Positions 22,309 to 34,485 of a stretch of DNA of 64,000 nt are shown here, piece after piece. A model generated the notes under the pieces. It saw only the letters and a program-made list of their open reading frames with translations, had not been told where the DNA came from and made no database searches. Made by a program: the position numbers and the translations under genes. Numbering within the stretch: position 1 is the stretch's first letter; each line of letters starts with the position of its first letter. Source of the DNA: Macrostomum lignano. Taxonomy: Eukaryota. The DNA is taken from positions 310,001-374,000 of the forward strand of contig NIVC01000330.1 of the NCBI GenBank assembly GCA_002269645.1, written 5' to 3'.

Positions 22309-22883
22309 TCAAACTGGCAGTTTCTGAGCTCTGCTCGCCGCCGCGGTGAAGTGTCGAAAGTCGCGGTAGGGCCGGGCGCTCTGGCTGCGAACTCGCCGAT
22401 CCCGCAGTCCAGCCGCGCAGGCCAGGGCGGCCGTCAGGACGGCGGCGAGGACTCCGACTGCGGCCAGGGCAATTTTGGTGGTCTTGCCGTCAACTAAAAA
22501 CCGGTCTGCTTGCAAAGGAGATGACGACAATGACAGGTCGCCCGGAGGCTGGTGGCTGACGAACAGCGAGAAGGTGGCGAGGCCGCGGTGCTGAGTGTCG
22601 GAGCACAGCACGAAGTGCGGCCCGCTGGAGGTGCCACCGCTCAGCCACAGTCGGCCGGCCGAGTCCAGCCGCAGCTTGGAGTCGCGCAGGAACCGGACAG
22701 TCTGCAGCCGGACACCGGGCCGGTTGTGAGCACCGGCTGCACGTCTGGGTTGTCGGGCAGCGGCTTAACGAGGACGGCGAACTCGGCGGGACAGCGGAGC
22801 AGCCGTCGGGGCCCGGGCGGTGACTGGGCGCTGGTGAGCAGCAGCAGCAGTGAGCACAGGAAAATCACCTGGCTGAGATGCAT
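22309..22883 (-). pseudogene. Paralogue D, with a 1-bp frameshift (pseudogene or sequencing error)
   Basis: The G4 run present in paralogue C is G3 here (22717-22719). Restoring one base gives an intact ORF with signal peptide, domain, TM and tail. Confidence 0.8.
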
Positions 22884-23265
22884 GCTGTCTACTTGCTACT
22901 GAAGTGGCTGAGGTTAAAGCTTTTTTACATTAAGCAGCTGCATTGCTTTTAAAGGCCACAGCAGAGTAGCAGAATTTCTACCCCGCCTCGACCCCAGCGG
23001 AGAGTTGTTTTCAAAAATATACCAGAGAAAACCCGCGGAAAACTCTCAAGCCAATCTGAGGCAAGAAAACAAGGCACAAGGGTTTTGGTTTATTTTTAGT
23101 CCCCTGCGTCACCGCCAGCCAGCAGGTTAAGGCATGCAGAATTCAAGCATTTGTTTACAACAAATGCGTAAGAGGAGTGAAAATTTGACAGGCTGCTTAT
23201 TTGTGAAGCATCTGTTCTATGTGAGATACTCGATCTTATTTTTGATTGTGGCCAGTTCATAGACT

Positions 23266-23690
23266 AATTACACTCTCGCTTGTGTAGGTCATACACTAAT
23301 TACACTCTCGCTTGTGTAGGTCATACACTAATTACACTCTCGCTTGTGTAGGTCATAGACTAATTACACTCACGCTTGTGTAGGTCATAGACTAATTACA
23401 CTCTCGCTTGTGTAGGTCATAGACTAATTACACTCTCGCTTGTCTAGGTCATAGACTAATTACAATCTTGCTTGTGTAGGTCATAGACTAATTACACTCT
23501 CGCTTGTCTAGGTCATAGACTAATTACACTCTCGCTTGTGTAGGTCATAGACTAATTACACTCTCGCTTGTGTAGGTCATAGAATAATTACAATTTCAAT
23601 TGTCTAGGTCATAGAGTAATTGTATTCTAGCTATTCTAGGTCATAGACTAATTGCATTCTCGCTTGTCTTGATCATAGACTAATTACATC
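23266..23690. repeat. 32-bp minisatellite (TCATAGACTAATTACACTCTCGCTTGTGTAGG)
   Basis: Tandem copies decaying at the 3' end. Confidence 0.92.
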
Positions 23691-24363
23691 CTGCCGTGCC
23701 CGAGTCCTAGAATATATTTGCAGTGTTCTCTAACATTTTTCTGAAATTCTTACTTCAAAAAACAAGCGATAGCGGAAATTCTAATTAATGCAAAAAACTA
23801 AGGTCGTCACAAGATTCAAAGCAAAGCGCAAACGGGCTTTTCTGACGCAGCAATTAGTGAGGCAATCCAGAAAATGGGTAGAAAAAAGGGAGTGTCTAAA
23901 CAATTTCAAGCGTTTATTAAATTACTCGCACATGTACTTAAAGTGGTTCAGCCTAGAGCAGTAGTGGGGAGATGGGGCGCAAAGCTATTCCTTCGGTAGG
24001 AGGAGGGACTTAGGGGCTCGTAAATCCGCGACAGTCAATTTTGAGACAAAATCAAGAAACGATTCGCTGCAAATGTCTGTTTCTAAATAAGCTGATGATC
24101 ATTCATCTTAGACTATCTCTTTGAGCTAGCTAATAGTTAAAGTCTGCCTGTTTGTTTGTCTGTTGCTTCTGTCACTCAGCTGGCGGAGCCTCCGACTGGC
24201 TGCTGTCACAGCGTGAGGTCAAAGTTGAGTCGGCGCTGTCTGAAAAATGGCGGTTAATAAAGTAAAACAGTGAGCATGACTGACGAAGAGACCTCGAGTC
24301 TTCATTTTTGTGCGCCCAGTTTTAAAGCCGTAAAATTTGCCCCACAAAGCCAAGCCGGCTCAC

Positions 24364-24797
24364 GCACAGAAATCCGTGCTGCTCCTCCTGGAAGTCCTGG
24401 TGGCGGCAGCGGCTGCCCCCGTGGCCGCTGGCTCGCCGGTGTCGCTGCCCTCGCTGTCGCCGTCGCCGCAGCCACCGCCGGACGAGGACGCATCCGAGGA
24501 GTACAGAAAGCGGAGATACTCGGCATCCGTACCGACGCCGGCGCCGACTTTGCCAGCGCAGAGGTCTCCAAGAGCGGCAAACTGGGTGACGGCGTCGGCG
24601 GCAGCTCTGGCAGCCGACAGGGCGGACGCGGCGGCCATCGGATCCTCAACGCCGACGCTGCCGCGGACGGCGTCCCCGGTGTCCCCGGCGCTGACCGTGG
24701 CCAGCTCGATTGACGATCCGTCGGCGGGGCTCCGCGAGCCGGGCAGAAACTCGTCCACCCCAGGGCTGCTGGACGACTCAAGTTGATCGGCCACCTC
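24364..24797 (-). CDS. Gene X exon 3
   Basis: Open frame EVADQLESSSSPGVDEFLPG...TDFC(A)|gtgagc; phase 0/2. The acceptor could be at 24797 or 24794. Confidence 0.7.
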
Positions 24798-24842
24798 CTT
24801 GTTGTTGTCAGTTTATTATTAATGTGTTTACCGCCATTGGCT

Positions 24843-24966
24843 TAACAATAACAATAATTGATTACAAATGCCCCAATTGGGCCAGATGTGCAACCGATAG
24901 CTCAGCCGCAGCTGTTGCGCAGCGCATCTGAAGGCTGCGTACGGCTGTTCAGTCCAAGGACTGGGG
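24843..24966 (-). mobile_element. 3' tail fragment of the same SINE family
   Basis: Reverse complement of about 45249-45340, with a simple-repeat tail. Confidence 0.75.
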
Positions 24967-25172
24967 GTGTTCATTTTACGCGAGTGTAATTGTGCTAATT
25001 GTCATTAGGAGAAGTTTACATAGCAAAAGATACTCTCTCACCTGCATGCTGATGGCGGCCCATTTTGTAGCGGCGGAGGCGGCAGCCCGCTTGCGCAACG
25101 AGGACCACTCGGTCTGGGCGCTCTGCGATTGACAAGCGCGACTTTTATGCTTTTGCTATATCTCGCGATTAC

Positions 25173-25173
<1 letters not shown>

Positions 25174-25261
<88 letters not shown>

Positions 25262-25400
25262 AACCAAACAAACAAACAAACAAACAAACAAACAAACAAA
25301 CAAACTAACTAACTAACAACCAAACAAACAAACAAACAAACAACTAACTAACTAACTAACTAACAACCAAACAAACAAACAAACAAACTAACTAACTGAC
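25174..25400. repeat. (TAAC)n/(CAAA)n microsatellite
   Basis: Direct inspection. Confidence 0.95.
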
Positions 25401-25439
25401 TAATTAGTTAATGCTCTCTAAAGTCAATCGCTCTCTCAC

Positions 25440-25696
25440 CACCGTTGAAGTGCTGGCCGCGTCGCAGTCCGACATGGTCGTGTCGATAGACATGGCAGCG
25501 GCGGTAATCGCGACTGTTGAAGCGGTGGGAGCGACAGAAGCGGCAGCAGCCGCAGACGCAGCGGTAGTGAAGACATCTTCGTCGTCACTGTTGTTATCAT
25601 CATTGCCGGTGTCCGGTTCGGTGTCGGCGTCGGCGCTGACCTCCTCGGACCGGCACAGGTGGTGGTTGCTGGCGCTGATTTGTTGCGGCTGCTTGG
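25440..25696 (-). CDS. Gene X exon 2 (acidic, Ala/Thr-rich)
   Basis: cccgcag|(S)KQPQQISASNHHLCRSEEVSADADTEPDTGNDDNNSDDEDVFTT...STSTV|gtgaga; phase 1/0. Confidence 0.8.
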
Positions 25697-25833
25697 CTGC
25701 GGGTTTTTTAATTTAACTTAAAAAACAGCATGCGAACTGCCATACTGTAAGTAGGCGAACAAAGAAAATAAGCTCCGGAAAATGTGATCGAATAAAAACT
25801 CAAGCAGGAAGCCATGGCACTCTCTTAGCTTAC

Positions 25834-27013
25834 AGTTCAATTCGTTCACTGCCTCGACGCGCTCGCTAGCAGCGGAGGCCGGCGCCTTTTGCTTCATCCA
25901 GACGGCCTGTTGAAAAGCTTCGAAACGCTTAGCGCTGCTAGGCTCTATAGCGGCCAAGTCAAGACCGGCGTCGTTGTTTTCGTCGTTGTCCGGCACCTCC
26001 GCGCCGAACTGAATGACTACAGTCTGGTAGTCGGAGCCGACGCCGCCAGTGCAGGACGTTGATGGCGGCAGCGGCAGGCGGACCAGGCAGGACAGCGGCC
26101 CGGCGTAGGCTGTCGAGGCGATCCACACCCGGCGGCCGCTCCGACGATGGTCGAAGAGAATCTCGCCGCCTCCGCCGTCGACGTTGCCGCAGTTTTCGCG
26201 TCTCGGCGTCAAATGAAAGCTGAGCAGCGGCCGGCAGCGGTGGCACAGCAGCGACTTGGCGGCGTGGTGGGCGGGGCAGCGCCACAGGCGATAGTCGTGA
26301 CCCGGTAGGGCGGCCAAGCTGGCGACGCCCGAGCTGGGCACCCGCTCCACCAGCTGGTGCTCGGGGGGCTGCACGCCCCGGTGGAAAAAGTAGGACGCCG
26401 CCGCGTCCACGTCGCAGTCCCGCTTGTAGCAGTCGTCGTCGCTCTCAGCGACGTCCTTTTCGCCGCCTGAGAAGCTCAGCCGGCTGCCGATGCCGTCGCT
26501 GGCCAGACCGCGGCGGAACTCGACGTCGGCGGCGGTGACTTTGATTTCGCCGCGGACGCGACAGGCTCGAAGACGGCGCAGTGCGGCGTCGGTGTCGTCA
26601 AAATCGTCGCCGCTGTTCGAAGCGCTGTTGTCCACGTTGCTGGCAGCGGTGGCGACAGCGGCAGCGGAGCTGCAGCTGCCGGGCACCGAGCAGAAGAAGC
26701 CACCGCAGAGGTGGCAGGTCGCCTTGGCAACAGCGACGTCGGCCAGGTCGGCCTGGGCATCCTCCGAGTCCAGGTCGAGCTCCAGGCCGGGCGGGGTGAC
26801 GCGCTGGTCGCTGCTGCTGCTGCTGTCGCCCAGGTCGACCGGCTGCAGCTCGAAGTCGAGAGTCGGGGCTGTCGCAGCCTTGACGGAGTCCTGCAGCTTC
26901 CGGCGCCGGTGCCGACGGACGGCGACCACGCCGACGACGACTGCGGTAGTCAGGACACCGCCAAATACGGTCAATATGATGAAGGGCACGACTCCTGACA
27001 CTACTGCGGCCAT
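25834..27013 (-). CDS. Gene X exon 1: unknown protein, N-terminal TM anchor plus Cys/His clusters
   Basis: ATG with an in-frame TGA 24 nt upstream; TM segment PFIILTVFGGVLTTAVVVGVVAV followed by RRHRRRK; GC-rich third positions; donor T|gtaagc (phase 1). Confidence 0.85.
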
Positions 27014-28181
27014 GGATTGAGTAGCTCCACAGCCTCAGGCTGTGTACAGTAGCAGCTGATGATGGGCGGGCCTGCCCATTCAATTGAATAGATGAGCTGT
27101 GTGACTTTCAACTTGCACAACTCATTGCCGAGTAATGCGCTGTGTAAATGCCTGTTTCCAAGTTATAGTGTGGTATAATACATGTAGGGTAAAGCTTCGA
27201 TTAGAAAAGGATTGACTTTTTAACTAACGATGTAGCTTTGAAGTGGAATCGCTTCTTGATATGGATGTAAAAGGTATGGTCAGAGTCTCTATGGTATCGC
27301 CATAATCTTTATAAAATGCGTTGGCTTAAAAGTGTACTTATATAGCTTCAAATATGTTAAATAAGGAGCCAAAACACGGCAGCTTGTTGCCATAGACTAT
27401 TCTCAGGCGCTTCTGGATTTCGGCTTTGCTATAGGCAAAGTATTTATTGACTGACCTACAATCTCAGATGTTTTTAGCCTGTAATCAAATATATTGATTA
27501 ATGTTTCATGCTGATAATTCCTATTGACAATTTTTCTAATGATTTAAATAATGACAATTCTATATCATTAATGTAGGGTGATATGTTTTCATAGAAAGTG
27601 CATTGTTTTTTAGTAAGGTGTTAGTAAAGATCGTATTATTTTAATGTAAATCTTTCTTTTTCTAGTGAGTCACTTGTAATTAATTAATAACTGGCTGGTT
27701 TATTTTCGTTTTCCAAGTTCCGTTAGTTGTTTGTTCGCGTGCGCGTTACTGTATATTAGTGTGAGTATTAAAGTCTACTACTAATTTTCTTATCTTATCA
27801 GCCAGACCACGTGTGATCGACCTTGAGGGAAAGCCGCGCTAGCTACGCCGACCCCCCGGGCCAAGGTCACAGCTCGGCTAGCCGTGAAATCCACTAGTAA
27901 AAAATTCCCGGCTCAGCCGGTGGATCCCACCGTGGACCCACGCTCGGCTAGCCGTACTGGCTGTGAACTTGCGATTTTTTTATTGCCCTATGCTCTACTC
28001 CGTACTAGTTTGAGTAGAGCATAATAAATATAGCAACACTCATTGCACTGTATATAAAAATATGATAAATTTTGGCATTTTGCTGTTAGAGATTAGTCTG
28101 ATCGTTAAGTAGGATTATGGATAGTGAATGATTTTGATGAAAAATCATAAGCAAAATATCGAATTGTTTTAATTCATTTTT

Positions 28182-31100
28182 CACTAGTTCCACCAGTGAA
28201 CGAGCCGAGCCCGGCGCCGCCGAAGGCGGCGTCGGGCGAGAGCGAGAGAACCCGAGGCCCCGACAGGGGCCGAGGGCGAGTGAATAATTTCTACCCATGG
28301 CGGCCGAAGGCTGACATGGGCTAGAAAGTATTTACGAGTAAATAAGTTAGACTCTAATGCATTTTGAAATTTCACGTTTTTTCGCCAAAAAATGCTCCTG
28401 TTTTGCAACCACTGCACCGATTGAGTTGAGTGAGGTGTCGATCGATAGAAAACTTTTAAATCTATCGAATGAATATACTTTTAAGTGCAGAGATTTTATT
28501 ACTGAGCCGTAAATTAAGTGGAAAGACGATTTTTTCAAAAGTGCTTCTGGGAGATCTCAAAATTCTGGTACACCTTACGAGATACGGCTTCGACATCTAA
28601 GGATCAAAGTTGTAAAACTAAATTTCCTACAAAATGGTATATGGCACTTTAATTTATTTCGGCGTTTTTATGCAGTTTTGGTGGGTTTTTTGGGTAAAAA
28701 AATGACCTTCATTTTATTATTTCGCCAATTTTTCCTACGAAGCTTTTTGAGTTTGGGCTTCAAAGCAGTGCAGTTGGATGCGCAATGCAAATATCTACAA
28801 GTGTCTAAAGTTTTGTTTTCCTACAGTTTTGCAGTGCTGAGAAAATTGACAAAAATCGATTTTTCAAAAAATCACATGACTTTCGCATTATTGCTCATTA
28901 TAATTTTGAGAACATGGTGCGAATAAGCCAATATCGAATTTCTATAGCATAGTTGCTGTACTATATTGGTGTAAATTGCTGCCGTCTGCTTTCGCTACTT
29001 TCGGATTGAAAAATCGATCAGAAATCGATAATTTGTGATTTTTGGCTGATTGGGTGCCAGAAAAATGGGTGATTAAAATTTTAAAAGAATTTTAAAAGAC
29101 GTGGGTCTTCATACTACTTGATAAACCTAGTTTTGTACCGATGAAAAAGAACTTTGAGAAGCTCAATAAAAATGTAAATCTCTACTTCTCCCATTTTCTC
29201 TCTTTGTCTGTTCTGTTTCTCTCCACTCTAATCTCTCTCTAGTCTCCCCTCTCCTCTCCTCTCGCTTCTAGCTCTCGTTTTATCTCTTATCTTCTCTTTA
29301 GTCTTATCTCTTCTCTATTCTCTTTCTCTCTCATCTGACCCGCAGCCATGAGCTGGAATCGAGTCTTCTATAATAGGCTTTAGAAGGCCTCGATATAAAA
29401 AAATTTCTAATGACTCCAGAGCGTAGCAGGGTTATATTTTGCAAAGAAAGCTATAAATAAAGTCTTTCCAAAACACTGTACATTCCTACTTCAGAAGCCG
29501 TATCGCCTGACTTTTTAGTCGGGGGAGGATTGTACACGTAGTGACTTGGATCTTGCGCCCGACAAACTTTGTACTGGGCTTGCAATTCAAATGTGCAGTT
29601 AAAGAGCTAAATTTAATACGAAATTCTAATCACGTGACGCCCGTTTATCGATCTAATTTCCCTTGGTCTGTGTGCGAGTCAAATGAAGCTCTATTACACG
29701 CCCTCCAAACCAAGCCGCCAAGCCCTCTCGCGTTGCCACAACCCCACTTGGAAGGGACGGGTGTGTACATTGTATGTACGATTATTCCTTCCTTTCCTTT
29801 CCTTTCCTTCCTTTCTAACCAGCTTAACTCAGCCCAATGCCAAAGCCATGCAAGCAATCACATGCAAATGCAGATTATGCAAAGCGGTATGCAGCTTAAT
29901 GTGATGAATTTCGATGCAAAAAAGGCATTTTTTACATGAAAAAAACATCGAATGGTTATGAAATTCAAGAAATTTGTTAAATTAACTATATGGAACACTG
30001 TGCATTGGTTTCAGTGCGAAATTCCTACCATTTCCAGTTTAAATAGCCCAGGAACTAACATAAAAGTAAAAAGTCAAGTTTTCAGTTTTTTATCGATAAT
30101 TTTTTACTCAATAAACCGAATCTCTAGAAATTGCACACAAATATGCCTCGTTTTTTTGGGAAATCAGCCGTCATAAAAATAATGCCGTCTTATTGCGTTT
30201 TTTGCCTGATTTCAAGCAAAATATTAAAAAATCACTACTCTGATCGATTTCCAATCACTTTTGACACATGAGCACTTGTTGCAGACACTCAAAAACTTGG
30301 TCAATTTTAGCCAGACATTAGTACAACTCGTTGCAGTATCCGCATTTGATCTAGCATTCTTTTAAAATTTTAATCACCCATTTTTCTGGCACCCAATCAG
30401 CCAAAAATCACAAATTATCGATTTCTGATCGATTTTTCAATCCGAAAGTAGCGAAAGCAGACGGCAGCAATTTACACCAATATAGTACAGCAACTATGCT
30501 ATAGAAATTCGATATTGGCTTATTCGCACCATGTTCTCAAAATTATAATGAGCAATAATGCGAAAGTCATGTGATTTTTTGAAAAATCGATTTTTGTCAA
30601 TTTTCTCAGCACTGCAAAACTGTAGGAAAACAAAACTTTAGACACTTGTAGATATTTGCATTGCGCATCCAACTGCACTGCTTTGAAGCCCAAACTCAAA
30701 AAGCTTCGTAGGAAAAAGTGGGGAAATAATAAAATGAGGGTAATTTTTTTACCCAAAAAACCCACCAAAACTACATAAAGATACCAAAATAAATCAAAGC
30801 GCCATATACCATTTTATAGGAAATTTAGTTTTACAACTTTGATCCTTAGATGTCGAAGCTGTATCTCGTAAGGTGTACCAGAATTTTGAGATCTCCTAGA
30901 AGCACTTTTGAAAAAATCGTCTTTCCACTTAATTTACGGCTCATTTAAAAAATCTTTGCATTTAAAGGTATATTCATTCGATAGATCTAAAAGTTTTCTA
31001 TCGATCGACACCTCACTCAACTCAATCCGTGCAGTGGTTGCAAAACAGGAGCATTTTTTGGCGAAAAAACGTGAAATTTCAAAATGCATTAGAGTCTAAC

Positions 31101-31226
31101 TTATTTACTCGTAAATACTTTCTAGCCCATGTCGGCCTTCGGCCGCCATGGGTAGAAATTATTCACTCGCCCTCGGCCCCTGGCGGGGCCTCGGGTTCTC
31201 TTGCTCGTTCACTGGTGGAGCTAGTG
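28182..31226. mobile_element. Non-autonomous foldback / long-TIR DNA element with CACTAG...CTAGTG termini
   Basis: Arms 28182-29090 and 30356-31226 are near-identical reverse complements; no transposase is recognisable in the 1.26-kb centre. Confidence 0.85.
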
Positions 31227-32867
31227 GATTTCACGGCTAGCGGTCGGCCGTTAGATAAGGCCAAGATTTCAAGTCTGCCCCAGGTCGACACCCCCTCGGC
31301 TGGGCCAATCAGAGAGCGCCAGGCTGAGAGGAGGGGTTTTCGTCAACATTTGGGTCAGCGGCAACGCAAGCAAAGAAAGAATACAAAGAATAAGACAAGA
31401 ATGCCAACCTCGCAGCTGCAGCTGTAGCTAAGAGTACAATATGCTCGTATAATGTATAAGTTTGTTGTCAAGCAAGATGATCGTATTGATCTTATCGTCG
31501 GTCGGAATTTGTGCACAGAATTCCACAGCGGCATAAAATTCCCCATCTCCTCCACTACTCCCGTCCGTTGCATGGACCGCTAGACTTGAAATGTTGGATC
31601 CTTGTTAGTTTAAACCCTAGCTCATATTGTCTCCATTAAACATCGGATCCTTTAACCCACCACCCGATAATTTCCTTGCTGCGCCGGAAGGGAGCAACGC
31701 AGACACACGAAATTCAAGAACACGAGCTGACTTTGTTGCACACCTTCTCAAGAAGCACGTCGCCAGCCTACCAGAAGGTCGGATTTTTTCCATAAACTCC
31801 AGTGTACTCAATACAGCCCTGTGCGCCAATCAGCACTGCGCCTCAGTGCAGCGTCACCCAGACGCCGTCAGCACCTTCAACAGATGACAACAGGCGACTA
31901 TGGACTAGACGGATTTAGGGGGGTGGCGTGGTGCGAAATTTGTTGTTTTTGTTTATCTGCGCAGTGTCCGGTGGTATTTCAGTTTATTTTTTGTTTTTGG
32001 TGCTGGATCTGCCTATATTTTCTTGCAACAGTCTATTGTACCACTAGTACCTACTCGACCTTTTTAAGGTCGGGGCGGAGGATTGAAGGACGCCGTCTGG
32101 GGGGGGGGGACCTATCATCGATCATCAAAAGTCACTAAATTGAAAAAAAACTGCTGTGAAAAGGGCATTCAAAAATTTTAGTTGTTTTATCCGCAAAGCT
32201 TTGTAAGGCATGGGAGATTAATAACTGTTAGACAAAAACTGAAGTATACAAACAAACTAACAAATTAAAGCGTCGAAAATTTATTTTTAAACGGTTTTAT
32301 GATATACTAAAGAAACAAGTATAATATAAACAGTGCTGCAGGTTAAACAAGATGTTTGCAAAAAATAAGCAACGATATGCTTAACACAAACAAGCGATAC
32401 GCAAACATTTAAGCTATATAGGATGAATATATAAAACTTAAATATAAAAAACGCTGAGATAACAATAAATTTAATTTAAAAGTAGATAAATTTTCAGCAG
32501 ATTTGTTGACCAAACATTGAGCAGCAACACGAGGAAAAACTTGCCTGGATTCAAGCCACGCGAGGGTTAATATGGACTTAATTTACGAGTATATGCAATA
32601 CAAAAAAGTGCCTAGAATACCGAATGGAACACTATCAGTTTCAATGAGAAATAGGCGACAATACACCAACCAAAGGGAAAATGCAAGGGACTAAAACATT
32701 AAGGCCATCGTTCTTTCGCTAGATTTGCAAATATCATCCTTCAAATTTGATGCCAAAAAGCATCGCATCAGATTGAAAACTTTAGCAAGGGTTGGAATGA
32801 GTGCAGTCGCTTAATATGGCTGGGCGTATGTACATTGAGAGGGAAATGGGGTTGGTATCTAGGCTTG

Positions 32868-33148
32868 GTGGGGGCGGGTGTACACTGAGAGAGGGATATG
32901 GGGTTGGTATAGGCTTGGTGGGGGCAGGCGAGTGTACACTGAGAGAGGGATATGGGGTTGGTATAGGCTTGGTGGGGGCAGGCGAGTGTACACTGAGAGA
33001 CGGAAATGGGGTTGGTATAAGCTTGGTGGGGGCAGGCGAGTGTACACTGAGAGAGGGAAATCGGGTTGGTATAGGCTTGGTGGGGGCAGGCGAGTGTACA
33101 CTGAGAGACGGAAATGGGGTTGGTATAAGCTTGGTGGGGGCGGGTGTA
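32868..33148. repeat. 57-bp minisatellite
   Basis: About 5 copies of GTGTACACTGAGAGA...GGGGGCAGGCGA. Confidence 0.9.
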
Positions 33149-34485
33149 CAGGTGTATTAAGAGATGGGAAGTTATTAGTAACGTTTGACAGATCAGTAGT
33201 ATATTAAAGTTAACTTGATGGTTTGGGGTTACGGGTTGAAATTAGACTTAGATTTTGGGCAGTTGGGGTGTGTTTTCATGATGGATTAATAATCATCACC
33301 AAGTCGTATTGAGCTTGAAAATCGCCTTCATTCGCCCGTATCACTCGGGTAAATGCAAGGGGCATTGTACATTGTACAAAATTCTGGATTGCTCTTGACT
33401 AGTAAAAAACCAATAAGCTATAAGGGACATTAATTAGAGACAAAAATGAAACATTGCGACAATGAAAATACAGTATATAAAATACTATTCTAGCAAAAAT
33501 CACTGACGAGCCTCAACAAGAGAATTAATAACCCGTCGATGTAAAACAAGAAAACGAAGACAAATTCGTTACAAAAGTCACTGAGTCTAAATGTTCACAG
33601 ATAAACAAAAGCGTGAAGTAGGTTTAAACAAAAATGGCAGGTAGAGGTAACAGTAGTAAATATATTGCAGATGACAAATTCAGGGAAAGCATGAAAAAAC
33701 GGGGAATCTGGTGGGTTGAATAAACATCAAGACTTTCCTAGACGTATGGGAGAGTAAAGAAATATGAAACCATTTCGAACACAGAGTCAAAATACTGAAA
33801 TTTAAATCTACTGAACTTGGCTATTTTTATCGAAACAGTTTTTTTAATTAATAAGGTGGCTACCGAATAACTACGGCAGCCAACTCACTCTCCAGACTAC
33901 TAACAGTAGCTAGGTCAGCAAGTGAAATTTAGACATGTACAACGCATGCAAAAACTGGTGCCGCAGAAGCAGTAGTCGGCTTCCTTGGGCGCAATCTCCA
34001 TCGAAATTTTATTTTGAAGAATCCATTTTTCTGGCACAAATTCGCTTTTCACATTCGTTCTTATGAATCTTAACCGCTCTAACCAATCAAACAATTAAAG
34101 ACTTGACGCTTTGCAAAAGAAACAAAAACACAAAAGCAGACTTGGATTAATTATTCATATTTATTATTTTTGTTTCAAAAGCGACAATATGAGGGAAAAG
34201 CAAACAGCTATAGAAATGATGATTAAATTTGAAACTAAAGAAAGAAAACGAAAAACAACACGCGCGCAGACAACAGAATACCAACACTGTGAAATCAGAT
34301 ATATGGATATTTATTTTTTAATCAAGAAAGTAATAAACATTTTTTGATTCGATCTAACCGAATTGGTGATGATTTAGCTGCAGTGGGATCGCGATCGAAT
34401 TGCATGCTTAACAATTTAATAAGCATTCGGCATCAGCAATATGGATTTATATGCACAGCTCAGACTACTACTGGCCGAGTAGTAG

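Noticed and set aside
24337-24786. Plus-strand ORF resembling a secreted prepropeptide with an RKRR site
   Set aside because: It starts at TTG with no ATG and is the wobble-sharing antisense shadow of gene X exon 3, which has phase-compatible splice sites.
28347-31099. Mirrored ORF pairs (28678-28926 / 30520-30768 and others)
   Set aside because: Products of the foldback element's inverted arms, AT-rich, with no recognisable domain.
31627-32138. Short ORFs, one with a GLDGFRGVA string recalling acyltransferase LDGLRG
   Set aside because: No splice context or further homology; likely chance or MITE-derived sequence.
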